Source: the human T2T-CHM13v2.0 reference genome, Homo sapiens | Length of the DNA stretch: 64,000 nucleotides | Strand: one strand, 5' to 3' | Assembly: GCF_009914755.1 (NCBI RefSeq) | Contig: NC_060930.1 | Shown here: piece after piece, positions 12,101 through 26,711 of the stretch | Numbering within the stretch: the stretch's first letter is position 1 | Layout: every line of letters begins with the position of its first letter | Notes under the pieces: model-generated | The model's input: the letters and a program-made list of their open reading frames with translations, nothing else | Database searches by the model: none | What the model was told of the DNA's origin: nothing | Translations under genes and position numbers: made by a program

Positions 12101-12329
12101 AAATGTAATTTTGAGGTAGTTTAATAGCATTTAGTGAAGAGAACGAGGGATAGGAAGACAAAAAAGATTATTATAAGGTTTCTGGAATGAGATAATTTCT
12201 GTGAAGATATTTAAAGCCCTGGCAATGGATGAGACCACCAAGAGTAGGAATGGAAGAAGGTCTAGGACTGAGTGTGGAGGACAGCTGATATTTACAAGCT
12301 GTGTGGAGAAGGAGCAGAGGTCTTACTTC

Positions 12330-13200
12330 TTTGTGGGGTGTGCCATTGTTGATTTATCTCTTATTGAGAGAGATCATGTTTATTGCTAATATTTTTCATT
12401 TCTGAGCTGCAACGAATAACCTTATACATTTTGGAAGTGTGTGTACATGTAATCTGTAAGATAAATTTTTAGATGTAGAATTTTCTGGATCAGAGGGTAG
12501 GAGTAGTTGTGATTTTGGTAAATAATGCTAAATTCCTCTTCATAGAAGTTGTACCTATTACATTCCCATCAGCAATATGAAAATGCCTCTTTCCCCACAA
12601 CCTCATCAGCACAGAAGATTATCAAATTTTTGACCTTTCCTAATTTCACAAGTGAAAATTGGTAGCTCAGTATTATTTTAATTTGCATTCTTTAGCTATG
12701 AGTGAGATTAAACATGTTTTATTGGTTAAGAGTCATTGGGAGGATTGTTGTACCTTTAAAAAAATTGAGTTATTGATTTTTTTTAACACGTTATACATGC
12801 TTTCTTTATATAAGGAAAAGTAGCCCTTTGCTTCCAATATATCTTGCATATATATTTTCCCAGTTTGCTGTTTGTCTTTGAAATTTGTTTATGGTAGCTT
12901 CGGCCTTGTAGAAATGGTTGATTTTCGTATTGTCAAATTTATAAATCTTTTTGTTTATGGTTCTTGAGTTTTGTGTCATAGAGAGGTTTTTCCAACTCTC
13001 AAAGAATTCTCTCGAGATTTCTTAGAACTGATTTATAATTTCATTATTTACTCTGAAATCTTTGATTCAATTGTATATTTTCCTGGTGCAAGTGGGAGGG
13101 GTTAAGACAATTTTAGTTTTATTTTTAGATGGCTACCTGGTTTCCCAAAATCATTTATAAAATAACTGTCTTCTCACCATTGACTGGAAGATTTCACCTT
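12330..13200 (-). mobile_element. Old L1M fragment
   Basis: Degenerate reverse ORF2 end ('ttacattcccatcagcaatatga', 'ttttaatttgcatt'). Confidence 0.65.
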
Positions 13201-13239
13201 TATCTTTGTTAAGTAAAAGAGAAGGCTTTATAAATGAGG

Positions 13240-13615
13240 GTTTTAGAATGTATTTGAATGCTGACACTTAATCCCAGTGCAACACTGTTGGGAGTTGCGG
13301 CCTTTGGGGTATTTAGGTCATAAGGGCTCCACCTTCATGAATGGATTAATGTTGTTATAAAAGCCCTTTATGAAGGAGTTTGGTCCTCTGTCCCTTCTGT
13401 CTTCTGCCATGTGAGGACACAGTGTTTCTCTTCTTTGGATGACACAGTGTTCAAAATGCCATTGTGGAAGCCAAGAGCAGCCCTCACCAGATGCTGGTGC
13501 CTTGATCTTGGACTTCTCAGCCTTCAGAATGGTAAGAAATAGATTTCTGTTCTTTATAAGTTCTGTTCTTTATAGGTCTGTGCTATTATACTAGCACAAA
13601 ATGGACTAAGACAAT
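13240..13615 (+). mobile_element. MaLR LTR (MST/MLT1A-like)
   Basis: 'gggctccaccttcatgaatggattaatg...ccttgatcttggacttc...aaatggactaagaca'. Confidence 0.85.
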
Positions 13616-13711
13616 GAACATGTATGCAGATATGTTTAAATTTCATGGTGGAAAGAAAGATGACTTCTATTTTCCTGTTGTAGTAGAGGGTGTTGATGGA
13701 TACAAGGCAGC

Positions 13712-14070
13712 AAAGTCCATTTCTGCTATAACAAAACACCATAGACTGATGGCGTAAACAATCAATATTTGTTGCTCACAGTTCAGAAGGCTGGAAGTGC
13801 AAGATCAAGCTGTCAGCAGATTTGGTGTCTGGTGAGAACCTGCTTCCTTGTTCATAGACAGCTGTCTGCTTCCTGTGTCTTCACCTGGCAGGAGGGTTAA
13901 GGGAACTCGCGGGAGCCTCTTTCATAAGGGCATGAATCTCATTCTTGAGGGCTCCACACTTACGACCTAATCACCCCCTAAAGTCCCCATCTCTTAATTC
14001 TATCACCCGGGGGGTCAGGATCTCAGCATTCAAATTTAAGTTGGGGGACACGAACATTCAGATCATGGCA
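13712..14070 (-). mobile_element. MaLR LTR (MLT1A/MST-like)
   Basis: 'gctataacaaaacaccatagactg...ctcacagttc...ggctggaagtgcaagatcaag'. Confidence 0.85.
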
Positions 14071-14150
14071 TAAACCAACCGTTCTAATTGCATTATTTTC
14101 TCTAGAAATGATCGGCTGCCTCTGTGTGGGCAAAGAAAAGGCCTATCTAC

Positions 14151-14185
14151 CTTGGAAACAAAGCTTTGGAAAACTCATTGCTGGT
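14151..14185 (-). pseudogene. Candidate fossil micro-exon
   Basis: gtctgtttctttag|TSNEFSKALFP AG|gtagat, 35 nt. Confidence 0.45.
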
Positions 14186-14206
14186 CTAAAGAAACAGACA
14201 ATTGAG

Positions 14207-14526
14207 GCCAGGCGCTGTGGCTCATGCCTATGCTCCCAGCACTTTGGGGAGCCGAGGTGAGAGGATCTCTTGAGCCCAGGAGTTCAAGACCAGCTTGGGT
14301 AACATAGTGAGACCCCACGTCTACCAAAAAAACATTAATAAATTAGCCAGGCATGGTGGCTTGTGTCTGTGGTCACAGCTACTCAGGAGGCTGAGGTGGG
14401 AGGACTGCTTGAGCCTGGGAGGTCGAGGATACTGTGAACCATGATCGCACCACTGTGCTCCACCCTAGTCAACAGAGCAAAGCCCCATTTAAAACAAAAA
14501 AAGGAAAAAGAAAAGAAAAAGAAAAA
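14207..14526 (+). mobile_element. AluJ
   Basis: Full dimer with J-type 'gaggatctcttgagcccagg' and A-rich tail. Confidence 0.95.
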
Positions 14527-14712
14527 ATGAAATACACAATTGGACAGTAAAAGAGCCTCTAAAGGGGAAGCAAACAAGAGGTTAATAGGGCATTGATGAC
14601 TAAGAACCCATTTTGCAATATTCTCTGGAGCTGGCCTTGCATTTAGAATGAATGTGAACCTGAAACTCTTCAGGATTCAGGGCAGGGGATGGCATATGAT
14701 CTATTTGCCTAC

Positions 14713-14940
14713 ACTTTGCTTCAGCTGACAGCAGCCGGCAGGTCATGATCCCTGTTTTCTCCCATGATTTGTTGTCTCAGCTGCCAGATGACAGTGCTAT
14801 TGGGCTGCTCCTAACTATGATCACTCCTTAGCCTGTCCTCGGGTAGCTCTTGCTTCCAGATTTTATTAACCCACACATCCCAGCTGGGTTTCTGGAAACC
14901 CCCACCCACCCACCCTGTGAACTGCTGACGTTGCTGATGA
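14713..14940 (-). pseudogene. Candidate fossil exon (3' boundary uncertain)
   Basis: gctctcactgcccacag| HQQRQQFTGWVGGGFQKPSWDVWVNKIWKQELPEDRLRSDHS*EQPNSTVIWQLRQQIMGENRD. Confidence 0.5.
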
Positions 14941-16236
14941 CTGTGGGCAGTGAGAGCAGCAAGTGGGAAACAATCTTATGAAAGAGAGAAGAATGTGAGT
15001 CAGCTGGATAGATGGTATTATGTGAAAGAAAGAAGATGCATTGGGAAAGTAGGATAAGCCTCATTCTTTTAATAAATACTCATCAAAAGCTGATTACAGA
15101 ATAGTACTGGATTATAAGATTGAAGTTCCTCCTAAGCCTTTCCCATAAAGATAGGAAGCATGATTTCATCTTTCATTTCATCTTTGAAGATATTGGTTAC
15201 TGGTCTTCATATGAGCTAAGTGCTCATTAAATGGTTGCTGAATGGATTAATAAAGGAGGGACTATTTTAGTGTCTTTGCTTGTGCCATTCTCTCCCTGGA
15301 ACACTTTCCCTTTTCTAATATAACTCCAGAAATTCCACTTTCGTCTGAAGGCTCCCCCCTCCTCCATGAAGCCTTATGTGACTAACTTCTGCCTAAAGTT
15401 AGCTTCCCCTTTCTAAAGTCTATGGTACAGATAGTTGAATCTATGTCAATAACACATTCTGTCCAATATTTTGCTTCCATATTCCTCTCTCCCACTGTGG
15501 ATCTTTTTAATGCTGTGTAGATACAGAAATATACATTCTTACTCTCCAACAAGTGTGTGCATTTCCTAAATGCAGGGACGACATCTTTGACTTCTTTCCG
15601 AATGTCCATGGTTCCTGATAGCGTACTGGGCACAAAGTACTGCCCTCGAAGTACTTATTTATTTGACTACCTATTATCTCTATCTAAAGCAAATATTGTT
15701 AGAAAAAGGCTGAGGCTTATTGTTAACCCATACAGGACAGAGAATTGTAATGATCTTTCTTCCTAATCCTTAGCTTAATCCTCCTAATCCTGTAGCTTAA
15801 ACCCTGAAAATGTTTGCATCCTTGATCTATAAGGAATGTTATAGCATGTGACTCTATTAAGTGTGGAAAATTGAAAGGCAAATTAAAATATTTTTATTTG
15901 GCAGCATCATGAAACTGTTGAGGTCTATAGACATAATCTTCATATGAATGCTAAACGTAGTACTTACTATCAATAGATGTTCAAGTCCAATGTTACTGAG
16001 CTGTGACTGTAGCAATTCGCTAATCTTCCTTTGAACATACACTATTTACTTTTTAAAGTCTAAGTTAAAAAATCAATTTTTTTCTCTCTAGTGAATTTTA
16101 TGATGCTTTTGTTTTATATTATTCAACCTAAAACTTCTGAGATTTTTAAAAGGCTAACAGCAGGTTGTGAATGTTCAAATAGACAAAATTACAAAGTACA
16201 CATTCATTACTGACTTAGCTCAGCTTCCTGAGATAA

Positions 16237-16592
<356 letters not shown>

Positions 16593-16965
16593 CCACAAAG
16601 ATAAATTCTTTGAATCAGAGAGAATGAATACTAATATTAGAGTTGAGACGGGTAAAAGGGCAACAGAAGGATTATGGGGTGCATAGAAGAGGAGGCTTTG
16701 ACAATCTAGATACTTTCTCTCCCAAGCCCAAGTATGTATTATTTTGTATTGTTATTACCCCTTAGTCATAGACTGGAGACTTATGCCAGGATTTATTGAC
16801 TCTTCAAGTCTCATTATCAATCTGCATTTAAGATTTAACAGCAAAGTTTGAGATTGAAAGATTACTTGTTCAGACACAAAATAACTTGATCTTCTTGTGG
16901 AAACTCAGCTTTAAATAAATAAATAAATAAAATAACAATAGATTTCAACAGTAAAGTCTTTGTTT

Positions 16966-17243
16966 GGCTGGGCGCAGTGGCTCACACCTGTAATGCCAGC
17001 ACTTTGGGAGGCTGAGGTGGGCAGATAACCTGAGGTCAGGAGTTTGAGACCAGCCTGGCCAAGATAGTGAAACCCTTTCTCTACTAAAAATACAAAAATT
17101 AGCCAGATGTGGTGGTGTGCACCTGTAATCCCAGCTACTCAGGAGGCTGGGGCAGGAGAATCACTTGAGCCCAGGAGGCGGAGGTTGCAGTGAGCCGAGA
17201 TTACACCACTGCAGTCCAGCCTGGGCCACAGAGTGAGACTCCA

Positions 17244-17277
<34 letters not shown>
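16966..17277 (+). mobile_element. AluSx-like
   Basis: Full dimer with long A tail. Confidence 0.95.
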
Positions 17278-17280
<3 letters not shown>

Positions 17281-17444
17281 TGAGAAAATGGTAAACATGT
17301 AAGTCTTAATACATTGTTTTTATATAATGATTACAACAATAAGTCTATTCTGTACAGTTAGATATAAGGATATAACTAGACTTTTTCTTACAGTAGCATG
17401 TACGTCATGAGGGAGGATGTGATAGGAGTCAAAGTGCTCTAAGA

Positions 17445-17573
17445 TTGGGATGATTATATGTCCCAATTTGCCCAGGAGAGTTCATGCTTGTGCCTGTTTT
17501 CCCAGTGTAATAGTTAATACTACCCCCTTATCTCAACAGCATCCTAACTTAGATGATAAATTACTTGGCTACT
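17445..17573 (-). mobile_element. MER81-like hAT fossil
   Basis: 'tatgtcccaatttgcccagg...cccagtgtaatagttaatac...gatgataaatta'. Confidence 0.6.
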
Positions 17574-17838
17574 TTACACATATAGGACTTAGTGACCTGG
17601 TGAACTTGGGGAACAAGCAACAGAGCAGAGGCAAAGATAAAGTTAAGATCTCATTCCTGGTTGTCTCATCGTGTGGTAGGGCCACTGACATAAACACTGG
17701 GTGAGCTTGTGAATACTTGTCTCAGATCTGGAACTTCTAGTAGGATGTTTCCTAAGACCGAGAAGATGGTTGGTTCCACCCATTCCAATTATTTGGGTTA
17801 TTAATTGTTCTGAGGCATTTCAGTTAGTTAAATCTAAC

Positions 17839-18031
17839 CTGTCATCCCTCAGTTCTTCTTTGAGTATATGAGAAAACCTAAGAGGCTCCCAAGTTGACTG
17901 TACAGCTGAGAGTTTTCCACTGAGAAGTCCAAAAAGGCCCCGTTGTCATCAACCTCACATTTACCATGATAGGGTCTATAATTCCAAGTTAACTGGGTGA
18001 GGAAGGGGCTCAGGTTTCTATTTGCATTAAG
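17839..18031 (-). pseudogene. Candidate fossil exon
   Basis: ctattcctcctattctctatag|LNANRNLSPFLTQLTWNYRPYHGKCEVDDNGAFLDFSVENSQLYSQLGSLLGFL / (frameshift) LKEELRDD AG|gttaga. Confidence 0.55.
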
Positions 18032-18199
18032 CTATAGAGAATAGGAGGAATAGTTTCCTATTTAAAAAATAAATTTTTTAAAGTGTGAATATTCCATAAA
18101 CCAACAAACAGAAAGAAATTTAGAATGTGCTCACTGAATTAGTCAGTTCAGTAATAATTATGGTGGTGATTCTGGAGAAGGGCGTGGAAGAGACAGCTT

Positions 18200-18560
18200 G
18201 GGGAAGAGAACAGTGCTAAGACAAGAACCAGAAGGCCTGGATTCTGGGTTTGATTATGCCCCTTCTGGCAATGGGATCTTGAATAAGTCATTTATCTTCT
18301 TTAAATTGCAGTTTCTTCTGTAAAATGAATTAAGAGAAAAATTAAGAATATTTGTAAGCACTAGCCATGTGCCAGGCACTACTCTAAGCACTTTATGAAT
18401 CTCTAAAACAAACCAATGTATTATTGGCATTATTTCCATTCTAGAGATGAGGAAATTGAAGCATGGAGAGATGAGTTAACCTTCCTAAGACCACGCCCCT
18501 TCTCAGTGGCACCTCTAAGATTTGAAACTGGGCACTATGCTTTAACTCTCCTGACTACCA
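18200..18560. mobile_element. MIR fragments, two in opposite orientation
   Basis: MIR core 'cagtttcttctgtaaaatg' and 'agatgaggaaattgaagc'. Confidence 0.7.
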
Positions 18561-18594
18561 TCGGGTATGCCCGTTCACCATTTTACATTCTGCT

Positions 18595-18910
18595 ATATGT
18601 CTTGGGAAAATGACCCATGTGGGTGTCCTTGCTCTCTGGCTTCCAGTTGGGTTCCAACAGTGACAAGAGATTGGAGAGTGGGAGGACAGATTGGTTTCTT
18701 TCTCTTCCCAGTTGCCTCCCTAAGAGGCCATCACAGATTGGCTGATTCTTTTATCAAACGTGGTGTCTCTTGTCGAGTGCCCTCTCCATACAGTTAACCT
18801 ATACCAGTTCTAAAAACTGCTTTTTTTTCCCCCTCCATTCTCTTTTAGGCTAGGAATAGTAACAGCTCTTTGATCTTGCCAGTCTGGGATACTGCACCAC
18901 CCTTTGCTGT
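18595..18910 (+). mobile_element. LTR33-like fragment
   Basis: 'ccttgctctctggcttccagttgggttc' shared with the 4874 LTR type. Confidence 0.55.
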
Positions 18911-19727
18911 CAGAATCCTTTCTGATTACACATTGCAACTTTAAAGTTGCACATGATGTACTCTACCAGAAGGAAGCTGATTTCGTGGTCACAATACTAT
19001 CTGTCTGGAGTGGTGGGGGTTCTGCTTAGCAAGGACTCCCCTAGTTGGGCCTCTTAGAATGGAGAAAGTTGACAGTTTCAGGACTGAGATATTTGAGAAA
19101 ATCAGGAGGGTGCTGAACAGCTTTGTTTCTTAACTTCCTGGCCAGAATGTGTAGATTTTCAGTACCTCCCAACGTTTCCAGATGTATTTAGCTCCTACAC
19201 ACTAACCTTCTTTCATTACTGAATGTGTCATGGAGTTAACACATATTCTTGCTTCTGCCTGAAACCTTCTTTCTTCTTTTTGCATAGAAAACTCAGATAT
19301 CAGCATGAATGTTACTTGGTTAGGGAAGCCTTCCCTGGAACAAACCCCTCATTTCTGCCAGGATGGATGAGTATCCTCATATATGCTCTAACAGCTTTCT
19401 GAGCCTTTCCTTCACAACACTTAACATAGTTTCTAATTATGCATTTGGTGGTTATTGGATCCATATCTCCCCTCTCCCTAGAAAGGAAGTTCCAAAAGGT
19501 CTGAGGTTGGTTTTGACTTTGCTCGACATTAAATTTCCAGGACTGAGCACAGTTACTGACTCTGGTGGTCACTGAAAAATGCTATTATGTATCCATGGAC
19601 AGATGTATGACTAAGCATCATGTAAACTGGTGACAATGGTAGACTGGGAAGAATAAAATGAGAGCGCTATCTAGTGGCACCAGGTGCAACAAGCAAAATG
19701 GGGCCAAGTTTTTGCCTGAGGCCTTAC

Positions 19728-19787
19728 AAAAGTGTTGAAATCCTTGTGGAGAAAATTTTCTTTTTCTCAGGAGGGCAGTAGAATATC
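19728..19787 (-). pseudogene. Candidate fossil exon
   Basis: gtcacttctaag|...|gtaagg, 60 nt; frame ambiguous (e.g. IFYCPPEKKKIFSTRISTL). Confidence 0.35.
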
Positions 19788-20171
19788 CTTAGAAGTGACT
19801 AGACTTATGACAGTAATGACATGAGGAAGAATATGTCACAAAGTTAACAGGAAGATTGACTCCAATCACAAGAAGTGAGGGCTGCAGAGGCCATGAAGGG
19901 ATGGAAAACTTTTTCTTAGTTTTATCACTACTGGGTAATGGGCAGAGCCTGGGAGACAGAGAAGAGAACAGGCCGTATGGAGCACGCATCAACAACCCTG
20001 AGCTTCAGAGCACTTAGTACTGCAAGAAGAATGTGTAAGAAACTCTGGAACCCAGTTCCTGGGAGAGTGAGGGAACACCAGTGATTTCATTGGTATTAGG
20101 CTTGAAATATTGATTATTTTCTTTATTCCATATTTCACATTGTTATCCACATACCCCTTCTGACTACATAC

Positions 20172-20792
<621 letters not shown>

Positions 20793-21195
20793 ACAGACGT
20801 CTTAATGAAAATGAACCATTACAGTAATATACTAGGGCAAGGGCAATTTGTTCATTATCGACAAGCAAATCACTAAATTATGTAAATTACTGGATTAGAC
20901 AGGCAGAATTACTTTTCTTTCAGAGAATAATCAAATATTACTTTAAAATGTTCATTTGTTTAAGTTTTTGGCTTTAGATCCAGAAAATCCAAATATTTGA
21001 ATTTACATCTATTAAAAACCAAATTCAACCTCGAGACGGAAGTCCATCATTCATAGTCCACAGTAGAATATATGAAACCACGAAGATTTTTAATTTCCCT
21101 TAATAAACCTGTTTATTGAGCACTTCTATTTCCCCTCCTTCCCCCTATTTTTGTTTTAAAACATCCTTTCATGAAAGAACAATATTTAAATAAAC

Positions 21196-22154
21196 CTTTG
21201 AGGAACAGATAGAGCTATTTAACAAGTGAGGTAATTATATATTATCATTCCCACATGATGGGGGTTTATAAAGGATTTAAAAGTTTGTTTCTGCATTTGT
21301 TTTCAAGGACTTGCCCAAGCACGGAAACTCCATATATATCAGCGACTAGGGAAAATTGATTCTAATAGATTTTTCTTCCAAGAACAGGAATCTTTCTATT
21401 TCATATTGCACATGAATATTAAGTAAACTACCTGCTGGAAACAGAAAAAAAAGCTTTACTCAAATATAAGTTGCTGATTTAAATAAACTGTTGTACTTTA
21501 AATAGAAAAAAACTCTAAATATAAATAATAAAGTAGCATTTCTAAGTGTAGCTACTAGGTTTATTACTGAGTTCTGCAGGGAACTGAATGACCTAACCCC
21601 AAATACCATCCTTTTATGACCAATTTGTGTGGACAGTTATAAATAGTGCAGTGAACTCTGCCTACAAGGCTGTAAGCCAAAAATTTTTGAGTGAATAAAG
21701 GGACTGCTGTTCTTTGTGAATAAGCAATTATTAAATGTTGTTTCTGAAACTGGAAGCTGAGTAAAGCAGTTTGTCAGTAGACAGTCTAATATAAAAGAAA
21801 TTAATTTGATAAAAGTTCCCTCAAAAATGGCTTATGTACTTTGTACACTATGTATGGATCTATTTACACATGTAAAAATTACTTCCATGTAGACATAGCA
21901 TTGATATATTTATTTATTAAAATTTCTTCATTAGAATAAATTATATAGCGTCAAAACTTTGGCAACATTTTAGTGTAAGAACTGTTTGTGCTCTTAAAAA
22001 ACTATTCTGTTTATAACTATAATACATATTCACTGGAGAACGTGCAACAATAAATGCATACTGACTAAAAGAAGAATGAAAACTATTCAAACTCTTACCT
22101 TCTAGAAGCAATCAAGTGTAACTTACCTCCAAAGTTATGACTCGCAGCTCTTTC
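21196..22154 (-). pseudogene. Cluster of four candidate fossil exons (22127-22154, 21666-21785, 21432-21495, 21196-21345)
   Basis: Lengths 28/120/64/150 nt with AG/GT ends; one frame joins as KELRVITLE|TVY*QTALLSFQFQKQHLIIAYSQRTAVPLFTQKFLAYSL|YNSLFKSATYI*VKLFFLFPA|VADIYGVSVLGQVLENKCRNKLLNPL*. Confidence 0.5.
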
Positions 22155-23059
22155 CTAGTTAGTGAATATAGGTGTACATCACCATTTTAAATTGCTGCTG
22201 TTGGCATAATTGATTTTTAAAACCAACTTTCAAAACCAACTTGTATAAGCCCAGATTTTAACTGGGACATGCAATTCTAGGGCAGCAAGAGTGGAGGAAA
22301 AGATACAGGGAATAGTGGCAGAGAAGGAGCAACACCATGCAATGTGTTTTGCTTCCTGATGACACTCTCAGAGGCAAAGTCTGTTAGCGGGGGCACTTCC
22401 TGGATCAGGCACTATGTGCTCAGAAAGGCCGTATGGAGAAATCCTATCTTGGAACAGTCTTTTAAAGGAAAGAAGGGGAAGGTATTTATCTGCTGCCTCC
22501 TTTTGACTTCTTTCTTCCACTGGTCAAATTTTGTCTCATGAGGAAGTTTACTCCCTCACATCACTCAGCATCTTTGGGAGTCACTTGCCAAACCACATCC
22601 CATGTCCTGAAATGAGATTCTCTATCTAAATTTGGAAGTGACAGGAAGGACCAGAGACTGTAAATGTGTAGCTGACGGCCCCAGGAGGTAGATTTTTATA
22701 GGTCTACACCTAGCAGGTCAGTCATAGCAAGTGCTTAGGTAAAACAAAGCAAACCAGGGTCAATGAGACAGCTAAGAAAACCTGTGGAGGCAAATAAGAT
22801 ATGTACTGAAGAAATAATTTAGGTTATTTTCCACAATAACTAAGGCTGCAGTGAGAATCTTTTTGCATATATCTTGTGTACTTCTATGTGTATGGTCTTA
22901 GAATAAATTTCCAGGAGATATATTACTGAGTCAAAAGTTACAATTACTGTAACTGTGATACACTTGAAAAATTGCCCTCTAGAAAGGTTAGACCAATTTT
23001 ATTCCATCCAACAGTCACAAGAATACTCATTTCCTCATGAACTTGCCAACGCTGTAATT

Positions 23060-23440
23060 TGTGTCAGTCAGTGTTTGTGAGATTATGCTGCAGTAACTAA
23101 TGACCTGGCAAATGGCAGTGGCTTACAACCAACATTTTTTTCCTTTTCACATATGTTAGCTGCAGATTGACTTAAGCTCTTCTCCATGTGCCATTGATCT
23201 CAGGGCTCAGACTAAAGGAGCAGCCCCATCTCAGTCTGATGCCAAAGGAAGCAGAGGGATAATGAAACTCCAGAATGACTCTTAAAAATTATCTGCTCAG
23301 AAATGACACATATCACACTTGCTTACATTTCACTGGTCAGAGCAAGTCATACTGCAAAGGCTGATTTCAGTGAAGCAGAGAGTTATAATCCTTGAAAAGG
23401 AAGGGGCAGTGAATAACTGGTAAAAAATATAATCTACCAC
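23060..23440 (-). mobile_element. MLT1J/K-like MaLR LTR within old L1
   Basis: 'tatgctgcagtaacta...cagtggcttacaac...cactggtcagagcaagtcat'. Confidence 0.65.
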
Positions 23441-23779
23441 ATTATCTTTGCCAATGAAATGTGGGAATGGAATAATATAATTATTTTAAATGTACACTTC
23501 TTTGATTACTAGTTAGGTTGAAACATTTTTGTATGCTTATTGGCAATTCATTTTTCTTCTTTTGGAAATTGTTCTTGCCTTTTGCCCATTTTCTGACTGA
23601 ATGCTTTCTTATTAATTTGTAAGACTTTTTGCATATGAAAGATGTATATATTTCCTTCATTCAATTTAAATAATGATGTTTTTCCAAAGACAAATTTTTA
23701 AATGCATGTGGTCAAATACATGTTTTTTTTTTTAAAAAATGGTTTTCTATTTCATTTCTTGCCTTAGTGTAGAAGAATG

Positions 23780-24270
23780 TTACATTAATGTTTCCCAATG
23801 AATCATGCCTCCAAGCATCCATGCCCTTTTGTGGTCCCCTCCCACTGCAACTTGGCCATGAAGCTTTCTTTGGCCAAAGAGAAATTAGCAAAGCATGATG
23901 CAAGGAAAAAGCTTGATAAGCACTTACACGTTGAAACTTACACACTGAAACTTACACCTTGAAACGTCTCCTCTTGGAATGCTCTATCACCGAGACTTGA
24001 GCCAACATCTAAAGAGGTCCAGACATGTTGAGACTCCATGCTATGAGAGAAAGAGGGGCATATCTGACTAGGTCGCAGCTTTTCCAGCCCTCCTCGTGGA
24101 GGCACCAGACATGTGAATGAAACCATTGAGATTTCCACACCTGAGTTGAGTGACCACTGGCAACACCAGCAAAGTGCTTCCCACTAGAGGCCAGTCCAGT
24201 TGCAGAATCGTGGTTACAAATATGGTGGTTGTTTTGAGCCATGAAGTTTTTGCTTAATCAATAGCTGAAA
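23780..24270 (+). mobile_element. MLT1G/H-like MaLR LTR
   Basis: 'ggccatgaagctttctttggccaa...caccagacatgtgaatgaaacc...ggttgttttgagcc'. Confidence 0.65.
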
Positions 24271-25055
24271 TGCTTAGTGTCCTCCTTTTCTCAAGAATTT
24301 AAAATGTTCACCTGTAGTTACTTTGCTGGTTTTATAGTTGTTTTGGGTAAACATTCAGCTTTGTCCATTTGAAATAAATTCTTGGGTAAGGAGTGGAGTG
24401 AGAATTTAATGACAGTTACTGTTATTACTTCCATTTCGCAAATGAAGAAACTAAGGCTTAGGCTTAGTGAAGTTAAGTGACTTGTCTAAAACCAGACAAT
24501 AAGAAGCAGATCAAGATTCTTACAGTCTGACCCCAGAGCTCGAGCTCTTACCCCTATACTGTGGACCTGGAGCCCAGGCAAGGGCAAGGGGTCTGCCCTG
24601 CCCCTCATCAATAGCTGCACATCACTTCACAAACAAGCATCTTCACACTTGCTCTGTGTCTTTTATAAAATATGGTAATTAGAAAGATTGCTTTTAAATA
24701 TTTTTACCCTGATTTATTTTTATCCTAAAAATAGGATCTATTTTTACCCTACTTTCAAAAACAGGCTATACTTCTATTGGAATTTAGCGCATGTGGTAGA
24801 GACACTGCCAGATTAGAAGGAACCTGATTTAGCATTTGGGTTCAAGGTGAAGACTTGGTTTGGGATGAGTGAGTGTTTGAACAAGAGGAAAGAAGGAACT
24901 ACTCCCAGTGATTTCTCCAGGTTTTTGTGTCAAAGGAGCATCTAGGATATGGGATTCTGTCCTTTCAGTGATGTTGTTGGTGGAGGAGGAAAGTTTGATG
25001 GGGAAAGTTAGCTTTAAGCATATGTGCCATCTCCAGCAGGTGTTGGTATTCATAC

Positions 25056-25230
25056 CATACACTCCTGACTCCCACCAGGAGGCTTGTGGTGACAGGCTGC
25101 AAGCTACATGATTCCCGGGGTGGTCAGAGGTGTCAGGGAGTCTCCTTCCAATAGTCAGTTCTTGAGATCATTGGTATTGAAATCCAGCTTGAGGTCAAGA
25201 AAGAAGGTGTGTCGCAGGCTCAATTAGTCC
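25056..25230 (-). pseudogene. Candidate fossil exon
   Basis: tttccgtgattatgttttag|G D*LSLRHTFFLDLKLDFNTNDLKN*LLEGDSLTPLTTPGIM / LQPVTTSLLVGVRSV TG|gtatga; TG+G gives Trp at both junctions. Confidence 0.5.
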
Positions 25231-25318
25231 CTAAAACATAATCACGGAAATACAGATCCTGAGGGGGTTGCTTCTTAATGAAAGATAGCTAGAGAGGCTG
25301 GATTAAGACACAGATTGA

Positions 25319-25662
<344 letters not shown>

Positions 25663-26711
25663 CTATGAAGTCACAGGGGAAAGTGTATCTATATCTACAT
25701 CTACAATGTCTATAGATATCTCCATCAAATGCCAGAAACCAAAAGAACACCGTGAACAGACCCACAGTTCTGAAGAATTATCAAATGTGTAAACCAGAGG
25801 GAAATGCTTTCAATTCAGGTGGTTAATTAAGCACAAACATTTATCTACTCTTCCTACTGAGACTCCCATTAAAATGATGATAAACAAAATTTTTTTAAAA
25901 AGTATAAGCCCACAACAAGATAGGGCACACCCAGAAAGCAAATATTTAATAATAAAGATGAGTCAAGGAAATTAACACTAACATAAATACAAGAGGCAGT
26001 TGATCTACCCAGCAGACTACATAGAACTTCCAGATTCAAAAGTCTGAGTTGACAGGTGGGGTGGAAATCAATGGGACTGATTGAAGATTCAGATACAGAT
26101 TATGTGGCTCCACATACCTACCCTTTCTCCTTCATCAACCTCAACAGCAACTGGGTATTCATTCCTTGGTCAAAAGTGGACTGGAAGGATTTTTCCTTAA
26201 GTAATAGAACAAATCAACGGGGATAAACTGGGGCAGCTAGTGTGGACTTGATATTCCCGATAAAGTCCTTCTCATTCTGGCATTCAGGGTACCCCAGGCT
26301 CTCATCCACTCACTTTAAAGTGAAGCCAATGGGAATAGGCTGTTTCACTCCTTCCCACTCTGCAGGTGAAAGAGTCTTGTAATAGGACAGTCACCTATAT
26401 CCCAGAAGAGGAGGTGGAACCCAGATACTATAACAACTGTAAAAAAATCTCAGGTGAGAACAATTGTCCTTCACTACCCCAAATATCATTCTTTAGATGA
26501 TAGAAAATGAGAGTGGGCTATCAATATGTAGATTCAGGGAAGCAAAATACTGTTAAATATAGTGAAAAGAACATAAAGAAATCACATATATTATGTAAGA
26601 ACAAATGGAATTATCTAGCAGAGCTTCCAAGCATTAGCAAAATGAAAGAAAATACATGGAAATTTTGCAAGACATATAGACACACACACTTACATCTATA
26701 TGTGTATACAT

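Noticed and set aside
16780-18031. Faint resemblance of candidate exons to secretory-pathway kinases (POMK/PKDCC/DIPK)
   Set aside because: Only a few scattered residues match and no catalytic motifs are identifiable; not supportable without a profile search.
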